From an uncultured Methanosarcinales archaeon (lineage in GTDB: Archaea > Nanobdellota > Nanobdellia > Woesearchaeales > DSVV01), in assembly GCA_964453185.1 (NCBI GenBank), contig CAYVNN010000002.1, forward strand, positions 340,444 to 404,443: a DNA stretch of 64,000 nucleotides, given 5' to 3'. This document shows positions 48,652 through 60,018 of this stretch, one piece after another (position 1 is the stretch's first letter; each line of letters opens with the position of its first letter). The translations under genes were made by a program, and so were the position numbers. The notes below the pieces were generated by a model. The model made no database searches. It had not been told where the DNA came from and saw only the letters and a list, made by a program, of their open reading frames with translations.

Positions 48652-48790
48652 TTACTCCTCTTCTTCTTCCTTAATCTCTTCAACTCTAACTACTAGTGCA
48701 GTTATATTATCATTTCCACCATTTTCTAATGCATATTCCTTCTCTACCTAATTGTTTAATATGGTAAGAAATTAATTCTCTATCTGCCAT
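48652..48790 (-). pseudogene. Internally deleted PP2C-type phosphatase remnant
   Basis: MADRELISYHIKQLGRE is joined out of frame to EYALENGGNDNITALVVRV, the PP2C C-terminal GGxDNIT motif. Confidence 0.65.
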
Positions 48791-48799
48791 CTTCCTTTA

Positions 48800-51700
48800 T
48801 TATTTCTTCCCTTTCTTTTTAGAATTTGTCTTAGAACTTACTTTTTTCTTTGGCTTTTTCACTTCTTCAAGATCATCATCTTTTCCGCCAAATAATACAA
48901 TTAAACCAATTATAGAAATAATTATAATACCAATTAATGGCAATACTTTATTATACAGTACACTATTATCTTTTTCTACGACTTCTTCTTCACTTACTGT
49001 AAACAATACTATGCTACTTGTTACTCCACCTTTATTATCATCTGCAACAAATACAACTGTTGCATTACCTGTCCAATCTTCTGTTGGAGTAATAGTTGCA
49101 ATGCTTTCTTCAATTTCAATAACTAACTCTGGATTCTCACTACTTGTAAAGGTTAATACATCATTATCTTCATCAACAAAATATTGTGCTAAATCTAATT
49201 CATATGGTGTGTTTTTATTCATATCAATTACTAGTTGTGCTTCATCTGATGTTTCTTCAACTACTTCATCAACAGGTTCTTCTGTTTCCTCTACTTCTTC
49301 TATTGTTTCAGTTGTTGTCTCATCTTCTACTGGTTCTTCTTCACATACTTCTTCTTCTGTTTCCTCTACTTCTATTTCTTCAACAATTTGAGAAACATCT
49401 ATAAGTGTAATTTTGATTCCTTTTTCTATTAGATCTTCATATAAATCTTCAACATTATATCCATCTGTGTTAATAAAATCACTAAATACAACAATCTCTC
49501 CTTCTTTCTCTCCTAGGACATCTTCTGCCTTCTTTAATGACATACCAATGCTTGATTCAGTTTCCCATGGATTTAATCTGCTCAAAATTCTCTTTGCATA
49601 ATATGCATCTGTATCTCTTCTTACAATTACCGGATTCTTTCCAATAACAATAATTGTATATTCATTATTATCATCTTGTATTAAATAATCTTCTGCACTT
49701 TCAATAACTCTTTCAAATCTTGATATTCCATTTTCAATAATTAATGAACTAACACTTGTATCAACAACAAGAATTGTTAAATAAGGTTCTTCTAGTTTTT
49801 CAATTCCACCTTCTGTTCTTTCTCCTTCTTCTTCAATTTCTGCATCCACAATTTCACTTATTGTTTGTTCAATGTCATCCTTGATTTCTTCAATATCTTC
49901 TTCAACTTGTTCTACTTCACTACTGATATCTTCTTCAGCACTTTCTTCTTCTGTTGTTTCTTCTGGTACATCTTCTGTGTCCTCATCATCATCTTCCATA
50001 TTAATTATTAATTCAATTAATCTATTGATTTCTTCTCTTAGTCCATCAATATCTTCTTCAAGTCCAGTTATTTTATCTTCTAAGTTTGAAATTCTATCTT
50101 CAAGATCATTTCTTTGTTCTTCTAATGATGATAATTCATCTTCAAGAGCACTAATTGTATTCTCTAATTCATTAATATATCCTTCAAGTTCACTAATGTA
50201 ATCTTCATTTTCTTCGTCAGCTTTAACAACAATTTCAACAGCCATTAATAATTGATCTTCTAATTTATTAATTTCATCTTCTTTTTCTTCAATATTTGAA
50301 TTAATTTCTTCTAGTGAAGCTTTTAATGCATCTAATTCTTCACTGCTTGTTTCATCTAAATCATCAACATCTGATCCTAATTCATCTATTGAACTAATTA
50401 TATCTTGAACATCTTGACTAATATTTTCAAGATCACTAATTTTAACATATAATTCTTCTGTAATTTCTTCAACATCATCTACGGTTTCATTTCCATCTGT
50501 TTCTTCATCTTGTTCTACTTCTTCTTCAATAATCTCTTCCTCTTCTTCTATCTCCTCATCATCTGTAAGATTATCTTCTGTTGTAGTTACATTCTCTTCA
50601 ATATCAATGATTATGTCTGAAACATTGGTCTCTGTTTCATTTGTTCTTGTTTGATTATCATCTGTTGAAAAAGGATAATTCTTAACAAAATATATTGCTC
50701 CAATGATTGCTGCGATTATTAGTAATGCAAATAACAATGGCCATAACCATTGACCTATGTTTGTTCTTTTCTTTTTTTCTTTCTTTGCAGCTCTTTTTTC
50801 AGCTTTTGTTTTCTTAACAACCTTCTTTTTAATAGGGACTGCTTTCTTTCTATTCTTTATCGCACTTATTATTATAGGAATCAATGCAATCAATAATGCT
50901 AATAAAACTAAACCAATTAATGCCCATTTAACATAATCCCATAAATAACTCCAGTCTTTTTCTTCCTCTTCTTCATAACATTGATCTAATTCTTCTTCTG
51001 TTAAGTTATTTTCTTCTAATATTTCATTTAGATTATATTGTTTCTCTCCTAACATTGATTCCAAAATATCTTTTTGTAATTCTAATGAATCTAATTGTGT
51101 TTGTAAATCTTCAATACTTGTTTCATCTTCAATAGATGTTAAATTACTTTCAACTTCTACAATGTCGTTTGTTATATTTTCTACTTGTTCTTCTAACTCG
51201 TTAAGATCTTGATATGCATCTAATAATTCTTCAGAGAAAGTACAATAACTACTTTCTTCTTCAATATTAGATAGGTCAACAGGCCCTTCTTCTACTGTAT
51301 TCTCATCAACAATCTCTTCAAGAATATCACTACTTTCTTCTGAAATATTTGTTTCATTTAATTCACTGATTACATCACTGGTGTCTTTAAATACATAGTA
51401 AGTAGCAACTGCTGCTCCAATTAATAATAACAACATAATTAATGGTAATATCCATAACCATGGTGATTTTTTACCTTTTCCCTTACTTGATCTTGTTGTT
51501 TTTCCATTAGTTTTATCTTTCTTAAACATTCCAATTATTCTTCCTTCTCCAAACTTTGCTTCTAGTAATGTAATTAATAAGATCAAAATTAGGATTAAGA
51601 ATAATATTAATAATGCCCATAATAAATTAACCCACCATTCTCCTCCTTCTATTAATAGTGAAGAACTTGTACAGTCTACAACATTAATACTGAATGGTAC

Positions 51701-52936
51701 AACTGTTAATAAGTCTCCTCTTGAACTTTCAGCCTTGAAAGCCATGCTATAATTTCCAACATTAGTTGGATTAACAACCATACTTACTGTTGTTTCTTGT
51801 TCAGGATTTAATGTAACACTATCTTGACTTATTGTAATAGCATTAAATGCATCTTCTACATATAAATTATATGTGTTAATTGTGTTTCCATTGTTTTGTA
51901 AATTTGCTAATAATAATCCTGTGCTTGAATCACACATTTCATATTCAGTATCTACTGCTTCAATAAAAGCAATAGTTGTATTTGTTTCATTTGTAAATTC
52001 TAATAATTCACTTAATGAGGTACCATATACATAACAAGCTTGTTCAATGTTTAGATAAATTGGTAATTTTGCAGCATACTTGCTTGTTTGTGCATATGCA
52101 ACAAAGGTTTTGTCTAGATTTCCATAAATGTGACATGGTTCTTTCATATATGCATAAATTTCCTTACTTTGTCCAGCAGCTAATATAACTGGATTTTCTG
52201 ATAATACATATGATTCTGGATCAAGATCATCAAAATATAGCATGTATGTTTCTGTATAATCTCCTGTATTACTTAATGTAAAATTGAATGAATTAGCAGT
52301 GCAAGGACAATTACTTATTTGATTATATTCTGTAATTAGTTCTATGTTATTGCATCTTCCAATTACTAGATCTTGAGTTATTTGTTTCTTTACACCACTT
52401 CCATCAGTTATGTAGGATATAAGGTCATATTTTCCTTCAGCATCTGATGGTGCTTTAATATAAGCAGAAACTTCTTTGGATTCTCCTGGTTGTAATGCAA
52501 AGCTTGCAGGTAGTAATGTAACCCATTGATTAACTTCTTCATTTGTTTGAATATAATATGTATTTGGAACACTTCCTGTGTTTGTTATAATTATTGTGTC
52601 TTTAAAGGTTGAACCAACACAAATGCTAATATCTTCATAATAACTTCCACCAGAGAAATCATTTGCACTGTATGTGTTTATAGTATTTAGAACAACTTCA
52701 TGGTCATCTTCATCTGTAGATTCTGAATCAGATGATTCAATAATAATTTCTTCTGTTTGTTCAACAACATACTCTGTTGTACTTGATGAACTATGTTCAT
52801 AATAAATGGTTTGATACTCTAAGCTATCATCATATGTATTAGAATAAACTATTTCTTCTGCTAATGAAACCTGAGAAAATGTAATTATTAATATTGATAA
52901 AATAATGAATATGAATGTTAGGTTTAGTTTTTTCAC
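48800..52936 (-). CDS. Very large acidic membrane/surface protein (Ig-like repeats, several TM segments, coiled coil, vWA-like domain)
   Basis: Signal peptide; N.G...TY Ig-type repeats; heptad coiled coil; ILVVDTSVS...SRFE...IVVFSDF vWA-like segment; C-terminal TM. Confidence 0.8.
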   Translation of the reverse strand: MKKLNLTFIFIILSILIITFSQVSLAEEIVYSNTYDDSLEYQTIYYEHSSSSTTEYVVEQTEEIIIESSDSESTDEDDHEVVLNTINTYSANDFSGGSYYEDISICVGSTFKDTIIITNTGSVPNTYYIQTNEEVNQWVTLLPASFALQPGESKEVSAYIKAPSDAEGKYDLISYITDGSGVKKQITQDLVIGRCNNIELITEYNQISNCPCTANSFNFTLSNTGDYTETYMLYFDDLDPESYVLSENPVILAAGQSKEIYAYMKEPCHIYGNLDKTFVAYAQTSKYAAKLPIYLNIEQACYVYGTSLSELLEFTNETNTTIAFIEAVDTEYEMCDSSTGLLLANLQNNGNTINTYNLYVEDAFNAITISQDSVTLNPEQETTVSMVVNPTNVGNYSMAFKAESSRGDLLTVVPFSINVVDCTSSSLLIEGGEWWVNLLWALLILFLILILILLITLLEAKFGEGRIIGMFKKDKTNGKTTRSSKGKGKKSPWLWILPLIMLLLLIGAAVATYYVFKDTSDVISELNETNISEESSDILEEIVDENTVEEGPVDLSNIEEESSYCTFSEELLDAYQDLNELEEQVENITNDIVEVESNLTSIEDETSIEDLQTQLDSLELQKDILESMLGEKQYNLNEILEENNLTEEELDQCYEEEEEKDWSYLWDYVKWALIGLVLLALLIALIPIIISAIKNRKKAVPIKKKVVKKTKAEKRAAKKEKKKRTNIGQWLWPLLFALLIIAAIIGAIYFVKNYPFSTDDNQTRTNETETNVSDIIIDIEENVTTTEDNLTDDEEIEEEEEIIEEEVEQDEETDGNETVDDVEEITEELYVKISDLENISQDVQDIISSIDELGSDVDDLDETSSEELDALKASLEEINSNIEEKEDEINKLEDQLLMAVEIVVKADEENEDYISELEGYINELENTISALEDELSSLEEQRNDLEDRISNLEDKITGLEEDIDGLREEINRLIELIINMEDDDEDTEDVPEETTEEESAEEDISSEVEQVEEDIEEIKDDIEQTISEIVDAEIEEEGERTEGGIEKLEEPYLTILVVDTSVSSLIIENGISRFERVIESAEDYLIQDDNNEYTIIVIGKNPVIVRRDTDAYYAKRILSRLNPWETESSIGMSLKKAEDVLGEKEGEIVVFSDFINTDGYNVEDLYEDLIEKGIKITLIDVSQIVEEIEVEETEEEVCEEEPVEDETTTETIEEVEETEEPVDEVVEETSDEAQLVIDMNKNTPYELDLAQYFVDEDNDVLTFTSSENPELVIEIEESIATITPTEDWTGNATVVFVADDNKGGVTSSIVLFTVSEEEVVEKDNSVLYNKVLPLIGIIIISIIGLIVLFGGKDDDLEEVKKPKKKVSSKTNSKKKGKK

Positions 52937-53040
52937 TTATCTCCTCTCCCCAATTGTTCTCTCTGATTTTACTATTTTGTAAGATCTTTAGAGAATGTAA
53001 CTATATAAAAATATTAATAAAAAAATAAAAAATTGGTTAA

Positions 53041-54354
53041 TTAGTAATAGGTTTGATCATTTAGATCATCTTCGTCTTCATCATTGCCTCTTAACTTGTT
53101 AACAGCAATAATTAATCCTAAAATGATTAACAATACAACTAATACAATTAATCCGATTTCTAATCCAGTTTTAACTGATTCCCAGCCAGTTGCTGATTCT
53201 TCGTCGCCTGTGCTTTCACCTGCAACAACATTAGCTCTTAAAACGAATTCTTTTAATGTTTCGCTATCTGAACTAACTGAAACAACCATGCTTTGTAAAC
53301 CGCTTACACCTTCGTTTGCTGAAACGAATAAGTAAACTGCTTCAGTTTCACCAGCACCCAATACAACTACGTTTGAAGGATCAAGTCTAACTGTACCCCA
53401 TGTGTCACAACCTTCGACATCAAGTACATATGTTTTAGCATCTCCTTCTGCGTTTGTTAATGTAATTGGATAAACAACTCCACCTTGACCTGCTGTAACA
53501 TCTTGTTCTTCAGGACCAACTGTGATGATTGTTTTTGAAGATACATCTTCATCATCTGTTGTGGTTGTTGTTTCATCAGCTGTAACTGTAACTGTGTAAT
53601 CTTCACTAACTGTTTCGTCACCATCATCAAATGTAACAGTAACTGTTAAATCATAGTCACCAGCTTCAGTGGTTGATGGGATTCTCATGTAAAGTTCTTC
53701 GCTTGAAATTGAATCATCTTCATCAACTTCATCAAGGTAATCTGAAGCGCTTAATCCTAATTCAGGAATTTCTACTTCAACCTTTACACCTTCATCATCA
53801 TCTTCGTCTCCAATGTTTTCTATTCTTACAGTTGTTAGTAAAGCTCTACCAGCTTCAATTTCTTGGCCTGGTGAGAATGTAACGTCTTTGATAACAAAGC
53901 CATTTTCTTCTGCTTCAACTAAAATGCTGTAATATTCAGAGACTGTTTCACTATTAGCGCCATCGACTCTAATCTTTAATAAGTATTCTCCTTGGTCTAC
54001 CTTGTAAGGCATATCAAGTGTTAACTTTTCAACATATGTTGTGTTAGCATAAACTTCATCAACATACTCTGTGTCTCTTACATCAAGATCATCATCTCCA
54101 ACACCTGTAATTCTAACTTCAACCTCAACTTCTTCAAGGTCCTCAAGTGCTGTGAAGTGTACCTTAACTTCCCATTCATCATTTCTTTCAATTTGTCTAA
54201 CAGTTGTACTGTCAGATGTACTTAACTCATCATCGTCTAGCTCAACTTCTGTGATCTCAACGATTTGAGCGCTTACTGTGCTCATTGCCAATACTGCTAC
54301 TAGCAACACAATAAACAGACTAGTCCATTTCATGTTCATTTTATTTACCCCCAT
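53041..54354 (-). CDS. Acidic S-layer-associated / CARDB-like surface protein
   Basis: Signal peptide, Ig-like repeats, C-terminal TM and terminal TYY. Confidence 0.8.
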   Translation of the reverse strand: MGVNKMNMKWTSLFIVLLVAVLAMSTVSAQIVEITEVELDDDELSTSDSTTVRQIERNDEWEVKVHFTALEDLEEVEVEVRITGVGDDDLDVRDTEYVDEVYANTTYVEKLTLDMPYKVDQGEYLLKIRVDGANSETVSEYYSILVEAEENGFVIKDVTFSPGQEIEAGRALLTTVRIENIGDEDDDEGVKVEVEIPELGLSASDYLDEVDEDDSISSEELYMRIPSTTEAGDYDLTVTVTFDDGDETVSEDYTVTVTADETTTTTDDEDVSSKTIITVGPEEQDVTAGQGGVVYPITLTNAEGDAKTYVLDVEGCDTWGTVRLDPSNVVVLGAGETEAVYLFVSANEGVSGLQSMVVSVSSDSETLKEFVLRANVVAGESTGDEESATGWESVKTGLEIGLIVLVVLLIILGLIIAVNKLRGNDEDEDDLNDQTYY

Positions 54355-54532
54355 ATATGTCGGAAATTTTTATTGTTTTATTTTGAGTATAATAACTCTA
54401 ATACCACCTCTGTAACGCTCGGTGGTATTTAAATGTTTCGCTTTTTTTAGTATACTTCAGTGGTTACTAATGGTAACTATTGTCGAGTTAAGTTAACTGA
54501 TGAATTCAGTCAAATTAACTCTGCCACTAAAT

Positions 54533-57500
54533 CTACTGTACTATCACTTCTCTGTGTTTGATTCTCTTTGTTGTGTCATCACTGATTACTATTCTAACAC
54601 TGTAAATTCCTGCTTCTGCCCATTCTGGAATGTCTAATTCCACAATAACTGGAACCTCTTCTCCGTTATCCATGTCATATTGTCCAGATACACCATATAT
54701 CCCTAATTCTTGGATTGTTGCTGAAACCTGTACTCCGTCATGATCGTCTAAGCCAATGTTTGTTGCACTCACATAAATTTCTAATGTTTCCCCTGCATCA
54801 ATGTAATCTGAGTCTCCTCTAAATGAGATTGTATCAACAAACAATTGATCTCTTCCATTGTTTTCAATTTCTTCTTCTACTGTGATTGTGACAGATGCTG
54901 TATCTTCATCACCATTAATATCTACTACAGTAACACAAGCTGTGTATGTTCCTTCTTCTTTGTATACTTGAAGAGGATTTGATTCATAACTTTCTTCTTC
55001 AATTACACCATTACAATCAAAGTCCCACTTAAAAAATAATGGATCATTACCAGTACTTTCACTAGCATCCAATCTTACCCATAAAGCAGGTTCTCCTCTT
55101 GATGGTGTTGCTGTTAAAACAGCTGTTACGCCAATATCTTCTTGAACATTAATATCAACACTATCAGATGCTTCATTTCCTTGATCATCTGTTACTGTTA
55201 ATTCAACTGGATAAACACCAATGTTTTCAAATGTGTATGTGAAACAATCTTCTTCTGAACTTGTTTCTCCATTCCCTAAATCCCATTCATAATTATATGG
55301 TTCTGCTCCTCCTGTAACTTCACTACAAAGTTCAACTTCAAGAGGTGCAACTCCATTAATAGGATCTGCACTTATTTCAACATTTAATGAATCAGCTGAT
55401 TCAATATCTACATAAGCATAATCTGAATCTTCTTCTCCATAAGGATCTGTTACAGTTAATGTAACTAAATATTGTTTAACCTCATCATAAGTATGTGTTG
55501 GGTTTTCTTCTTCTGATGTTTCACCATCACCAAAATCCCATAAATATGTTAAGTCATCTCCATCTGGATCATAACTTCCATCACTACTTAATTGAATTTC
55601 TTCTCCAACAGTTCCACTATAATTACCATTTGCTTCTGCAACTGGTGCATTATTTTCAATTGGGTCTTCACCTTCAACAATTACTGCATAAGTATATGCT
55701 GTATTTGTTGCTAATTTTTCGTCATAAACTGTTAAACTAACTGTGTAGTTTCCTTCAGCATTATAACTATGTGTAGGATTAGCTTCAGTTTCACCTGCTT
55801 CAACATTGCTACCATCACCAAAGTCCCAAATATACCAAACTAAGTTATCTCCATCTGGATCATAACTTCCTGTTCCATCAAATGTGATTTCTTCATCAAC
55901 TTCTCCTTCATATGGTCCATTTGGATCTGCAACAGGATCATTGTTTGCCGGTTCTGTGATATCAGCATAGGTTGAATCTGTGTCTGTGTTTCCATCATTA
56001 TCCATTACAGTTAATGTAACTGTATAATTTCCTTCAGCTGTATAAGTATATACTGGATTTTCTTCTTCTGAAGATCCTAATCCATCACCAAAGTCCCAAA
56101 CATATGTTTCAATTGTTCCGTCAGGATCATAACTTTCTGATCCATCAAATTGAACTTCAACATCAATTTCTCCTTCATATGGTCCACTTGCATTAGCAAC
56201 TGGACTTTCTCCTAGACAGTCTGAAATATATGCATAAGTATACTCTGTGGTACTGTCTCCTTCATCATCTGTTACTGTTAATGTAACTAGATATTCCTGA
56301 TATCCATCTCCTTCATCATCTGTATAAACATGTGAAAAAGCTGAATCTGTTGATGTTGTTTCATCTCCTAAGTCCCACGCAAATGTAATACTTCCACCAT
56401 CAGGATCATTACTTCCTTCAGCTGTAAATTCAATTACATCATTAAAGCATCCTGTGTATGGTCCATTTGTAAAAACTTCTGGAGCTTCACTAATATCTGT
56501 TTCTTCTCCATAAACATAGAACAATAATTCTTGTGTTTCATCAAGATTAATATCATATTCACAACTGTTTGCAATTCCATTCACATAAATATAATGTGTT
56601 CCACCGCTATTAGGTGTCCATGGATAACTAATTGTTTGATAATCAGTTGTTGTTGGGTTTGCACCAACAGTTTCAATTTCATCTTGAACTAAATAATATT
56701 CTCCACTATCTAAAACTCTGTAAACTTCTAATGTGATATCTGTTGGTAATGCTGCAAGATTTTCATCAATATCTACACTGTTTGAAATCTTTTCAAAACT
56801 TAATGTGTATTCTGTGTCAACATAATAATGTCCTGTTTCATCGTTTAATGTTAAATTGTCCATTAATGTATAACAATATTCTGTTAAGTTTGCAGGAATT
56901 ACACTAAATGATTGCGATGCATATTGTGGATCACTCGTTTCACACTGAAGATCTGTTACATATGTTTGAACTTCTGCAGTATAATTTCCTTCTGTGTCTG
57001 GTGTCCACTCAAAATGTACACTTTCACTTCCATCTGCTAAAATATTTAATGTTTCATTATCTGTATGAACTGTTGTTCCATCTCCATCAACAATTGTTAA
57101 TGAAACTCTGATTTCAGTTGAATAATATTCTACATATTGTTCACTTAAATCAAAATCAAAACCTAATTTATATACTTCATCTAATTCTTCTGTAAATGCA
57201 CTATAAACACTTGCATCTAAATTAGCAATAACATCTACTTCAATTGGCATGTATGGTTCTACACTATTTGTTACACTGAATGTATCAATTGTTGCTCTAC
57301 ATACATCAGCTTTTTGTATTTCATCAACCACTAACCATTCATATCCTTCATCTTCATAATTTCTTTCCCATCCATCTCCTGGAATTCCATATGTAACAAT
57401 GTGTGGAAGATATCCTTCTGCAAAATAATATGAAATATAAGGTGTTCCTTCTTCTGTTTCAGCTCCTGCTGGGAATGTTAATGTCATTTCTCCGTCAGGA

Positions 57501-57733
57501 TTTGATAATTGTTCATCTATAATTGTATTTGTGTCAACTAATTCTGTACACTCAGTATCAACACATTCAAAAACAAGTCCTTCTACATTATTTAGGCTTG
57601 TATCTCCATCTTCATTATAATCTTCAAGCTCTAATAGTTGAACAGTCATTAAATTATCTGCTGCTGCAAATGATATTGTTGTAAATATCGCAATCAGCAC
57701 GAAAATCATGGTTAAAATATTCTTTATCATCAT
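54533..57733 (-). CDS. PKD-repeat surface protein
   Basis: About six repeats of S.DPDG....Y.WDFGDG.......P.H.Y...G.Y.V.LTV.D. Confidence 0.92.
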   Translation of the reverse strand: MMIKNILTMIFVLIAIFTTISFAAADNLMTVQLLELEDYNEDGDTSLNNVEGLVFECVDTECTELVDTNTIIDEQLSNPDGEMTLTFPAGAETEEGTPYISYYFAEGYLPHIVTYGIPGDGWERNYEDEGYEWLVVDEIQKADVCRATIDTFSVTNSVEPYMPIEVDVIANLDASVYSAFTEELDEVYKLGFDFDLSEQYVEYYSTEIRVSLTIVDGDGTTVHTDNETLNILADGSESVHFEWTPDTEGNYTAEVQTYVTDLQCETSDPQYASQSFSVIPANLTEYCYTLMDNLTLNDETGHYYVDTEYTLSFEKISNSVDIDENLAALPTDITLEVYRVLDSGEYYLVQDEIETVGANPTTTDYQTISYPWTPNSGGTHYIYVNGIANSCEYDINLDETQELLFYVYGEETDISEAPEVFTNGPYTGCFNDVIEFTAEGSNDPDGGSITFAWDLGDETTSTDSAFSHVYTDDEGDGYQEYLVTLTVTDDEGDSTTEYTYAYISDCLGESPVANASGPYEGEIDVEVQFDGSESYDPDGTIETYVWDFGDGLGSSEEENPVYTYTAEGNYTVTLTVMDNDGNTDTDSTYADITEPANNDPVADPNGPYEGEVDEEITFDGTGSYDPDGDNLVWYIWDFGDGSNVEAGETEANPTHSYNAEGNYTVSLTVYDEKLATNTAYTYAVIVEGEDPIENNAPVAEANGNYSGTVGEEIQLSSDGSYDPDGDDLTYLWDFGDGETSEEENPTHTYDEVKQYLVTLTVTDPYGEEDSDYAYVDIESADSLNVEISADPINGVAPLEVELCSEVTGGAEPYNYEWDLGNGETSSEEDCFTYTFENIGVYPVELTVTDDQGNEASDSVDINVQEDIGVTAVLTATPSRGEPALWVRLDASESTGNDPLFFKWDFDCNGVIEEESYESNPLQVYKEEGTYTACVTVVDINGDEDTASVTITVEEEIENNGRDQLFVDTISFRGDSDYIDAGETLEIYVSATNIGLDDHDGVQVSATIQELGIYGVSGQYDMDNGEEVPVIVELDIPEWAEAGIYSVRIVISDDTTKRIKHREVIVQ

Positions 57734-57967
57734 TTTTCCACCTTTATTCTAATTTTTAATCGATTTTATTGCATTATTATGCTATTATAAGTGTTATCTT
57801 CTCTATTTTAGCTAAATTAGCTGCCTGTGGCTATATTATATGTATTCTAGCCCCCAACACCTTTTTTTTAATATACAAGCTCCTATTACTTACGAACTCT
57901 ATGTCATTTATAAATCTTTCGCTTTGTTACTACTGTTAAATAGGAAAATAAAAAATATTTATAATTT

Positions 57968-59875
57968 TTATCTTGTTCCAACACCTGGTCCACTTGTTCC
58001 TGGAATTGGTCCACCTTCTTCAGGTGTGTCTGGTGGTGTAACTGGTCCTCCACCATTGCCGTCTTTAACATAACTTCCAAGCATCCATGCACCCACTCCT
58101 ATTGGGATCATTGCTCCTGTTGCAACACCACCATAATATGCTCCTTCTTTTCCATTATTTGGTGCGCCTGTGAATAATGTGCTTTGTACTCCAACCAAAT
58201 CACCATCAGGATTAACTAATCCTCTCTCTAATTCAAATGCTGGAATTCCAATATTAACAATTTCATGTGCATACTGTCCATTTAAATCAACAGATTGTGT
58301 TGTTGTATTTCCTTCATTATCATAGAATGTCACAGCTAATCTATAATTTCCTACATCATTACCATCAAAAGTCATTGTTCCTGTTTCTTGTATTGATGTG
58401 ATTGGATCAGATCCTGATTTTTCCCATAATGTATAATCATCTGTTCCAATTCTTTCTCCTGCTGGATTATATAATGTTGCTGTAACTTTTTCTAAACCTT
58501 GTCTGTCTGTTGCTCCATAATTTACCTGGACATCTGCGCCAGAAGCAACTCTTGATTCTTGTAATGTTACATATGTATCCTTAGGACCATCTCCACTAAC
58601 TTCTAATTCATTAACTTCAGATCCTCTAAATAATCCTCTTGCAAGTTGTTCTTGTCCAACATAATTTAATCTTAATTCAACCCCTGTTCCAATTTGTTCT
58701 GTTGTTAATTGATTATCTTCAGCATCAGTTGGATCACTTCCACCAACTATTACTGTTAATGTGTATCTATCTGGTTTTCCTTCTTTTCTATCTTTATCTA
58801 ATTCTAATCCTGTACCTGAACTCAATACAATGTCTGTTCTTATTGAATCTCCGCCCATTCTTTCAACTAAGCTTCCATCCAAATCAACTTCTGCATGTAC
58901 TCCTCGAACAGTTAATGTTTCACCATAACTCTCGTCGACAATACATTGTTCTAGTGCTGGAGTAAATAATCCTGTGTAATTATTTCCTGCAATTAACATA
59001 TTTGGTTGATCTTCTTCAGCTAATATAATGTCTTTTGGTGTATTCCATCTACCCCAACTAAAAGGTTGTTCTCCCATTCTTCCTTGGAAATATGCTAATG
59101 CTGTTTCATCTGTTAATGGCGCAACATAATCTTGACTATTAATTTGTTGACCATCATCTTCAATATCTACAATTAATGAATATGTTCCTTCTCCAAATGG
59201 TAAGACTAGATCATCACTAGTACCAATTCTAATTCTATTTCTTGTATCTGGTTCTTGTCTTACATCACTTGAATATAATGTTGTGGTCATTGCACCACAA
59301 CCATCACTTGCATCTCTTTGTGCAACTAAACTATATCCTGTGATTGCTGTATTTGTTCTTAATCTTGCTTCAAAACCACCAACTAATTTTCCTTGTTCAG
59401 GATCCATGTCTGCTGTGAAATCTGCAAAACTAAATGCTAATCTTCTTGCACCTGGTGTTGGGTCTGGTGCAGCAGCTGAAGCTGGTGTGTATTGTACTAA
59501 TCCTAACTCACTACTGCAAACAGGAGCTGTTCCTGTTTCATATGTAGCACAAGCTTGAACATTTAAATTATCTGCTTGTCTAAGTGTTCCTTGAATATTT
59601 CCAACTGAAATTGGAATTCCTGCTGGTGCAGCCAATCCACCTAATGGATTATCATAAATTACATGTTCTGCACCTGATGTATCTGTTGCAGTAACTGTTA
59701 ATTGTTCAATTCCTTCTCCTGGATCTGCTTTAACTTGAACTGTAATTGGTGTTGTACCGTCGTCAGTAGGTATTCCTGCAACAACTTCTAACTCTGGTTG
59801 TGCAGCATAAGCATTACCTGCTAATAATAATCCACCTACTATGTTAATTAAACTAGAATTTTTTTTTCTTCTCAT
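57968..59875 (-). CDS. Secreted protein with C-terminal Gly-rich TM and Pro/Gly tail
   Basis: Signal peptide (MRRKK...AYA); beta-rich body; tail GGPIPGTSGPGVGTR. Confidence 0.75.
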   Translation of the reverse strand: MRRKKNSSLINIVGGLLLAGNAYAAQPELEVVAGIPTDDGTTPITVQVKADPGEGIEQLTVTATDTSGAEHVIYDNPLGGLAAPAGIPISVGNIQGTLRQADNLNVQACATYETGTAPVCSSELGLVQYTPASAAAPDPTPGARRLAFSFADFTADMDPEQGKLVGGFEARLRTNTAITGYSLVAQRDASDGCGAMTTTLYSSDVRQEPDTRNRIRIGTSDDLVLPFGEGTYSLIVDIEDDGQQINSQDYVAPLTDETALAYFQGRMGEQPFSWGRWNTPKDIILAEEDQPNMLIAGNNYTGLFTPALEQCIVDESYGETLTVRGVHAEVDLDGSLVERMGGDSIRTDIVLSSGTGLELDKDRKEGKPDRYTLTVIVGGSDPTDAEDNQLTTEQIGTGVELRLNYVGQEQLARGLFRGSEVNELEVSGDGPKDTYVTLQESRVASGADVQVNYGATDRQGLEKVTATLYNPAGERIGTDDYTLWEKSGSDPITSIQETGTMTFDGNDVGNYRLAVTFYDNEGNTTTQSVDLNGQYAHEIVNIGIPAFELERGLVNPDGDLVGVQSTLFTGAPNNGKEGAYYGGVATGAMIPIGVGAWMLGSYVKDGNGGGPVTPPDTPEEGGPIPGTSGPGVGTR

Positions 59876-60018
59876 TATATATCACATCCCCCAAATTTGT
59901 TTAATAATCTTGATTCTGTTGTTACTTGAAAATACTCCTAGTATAAATAGTTTTTGTAGTTTTGCTACTAAATCATAAAAATTAGTAAGTTTTCGTCACG
60001 AGAATAAGATGAAAATGC

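Noticed and set aside
48361-48751. ORFs 48361-48576 and 48449-48751
   Set aside because: They overlap the tRNA-Trp gene and show no protein features.
49011-59558. Numerous short plus-strand Ser/Leu/His-rich ORFs
   Set aside because: They are antisense shadows of the acidic surface-protein genes.
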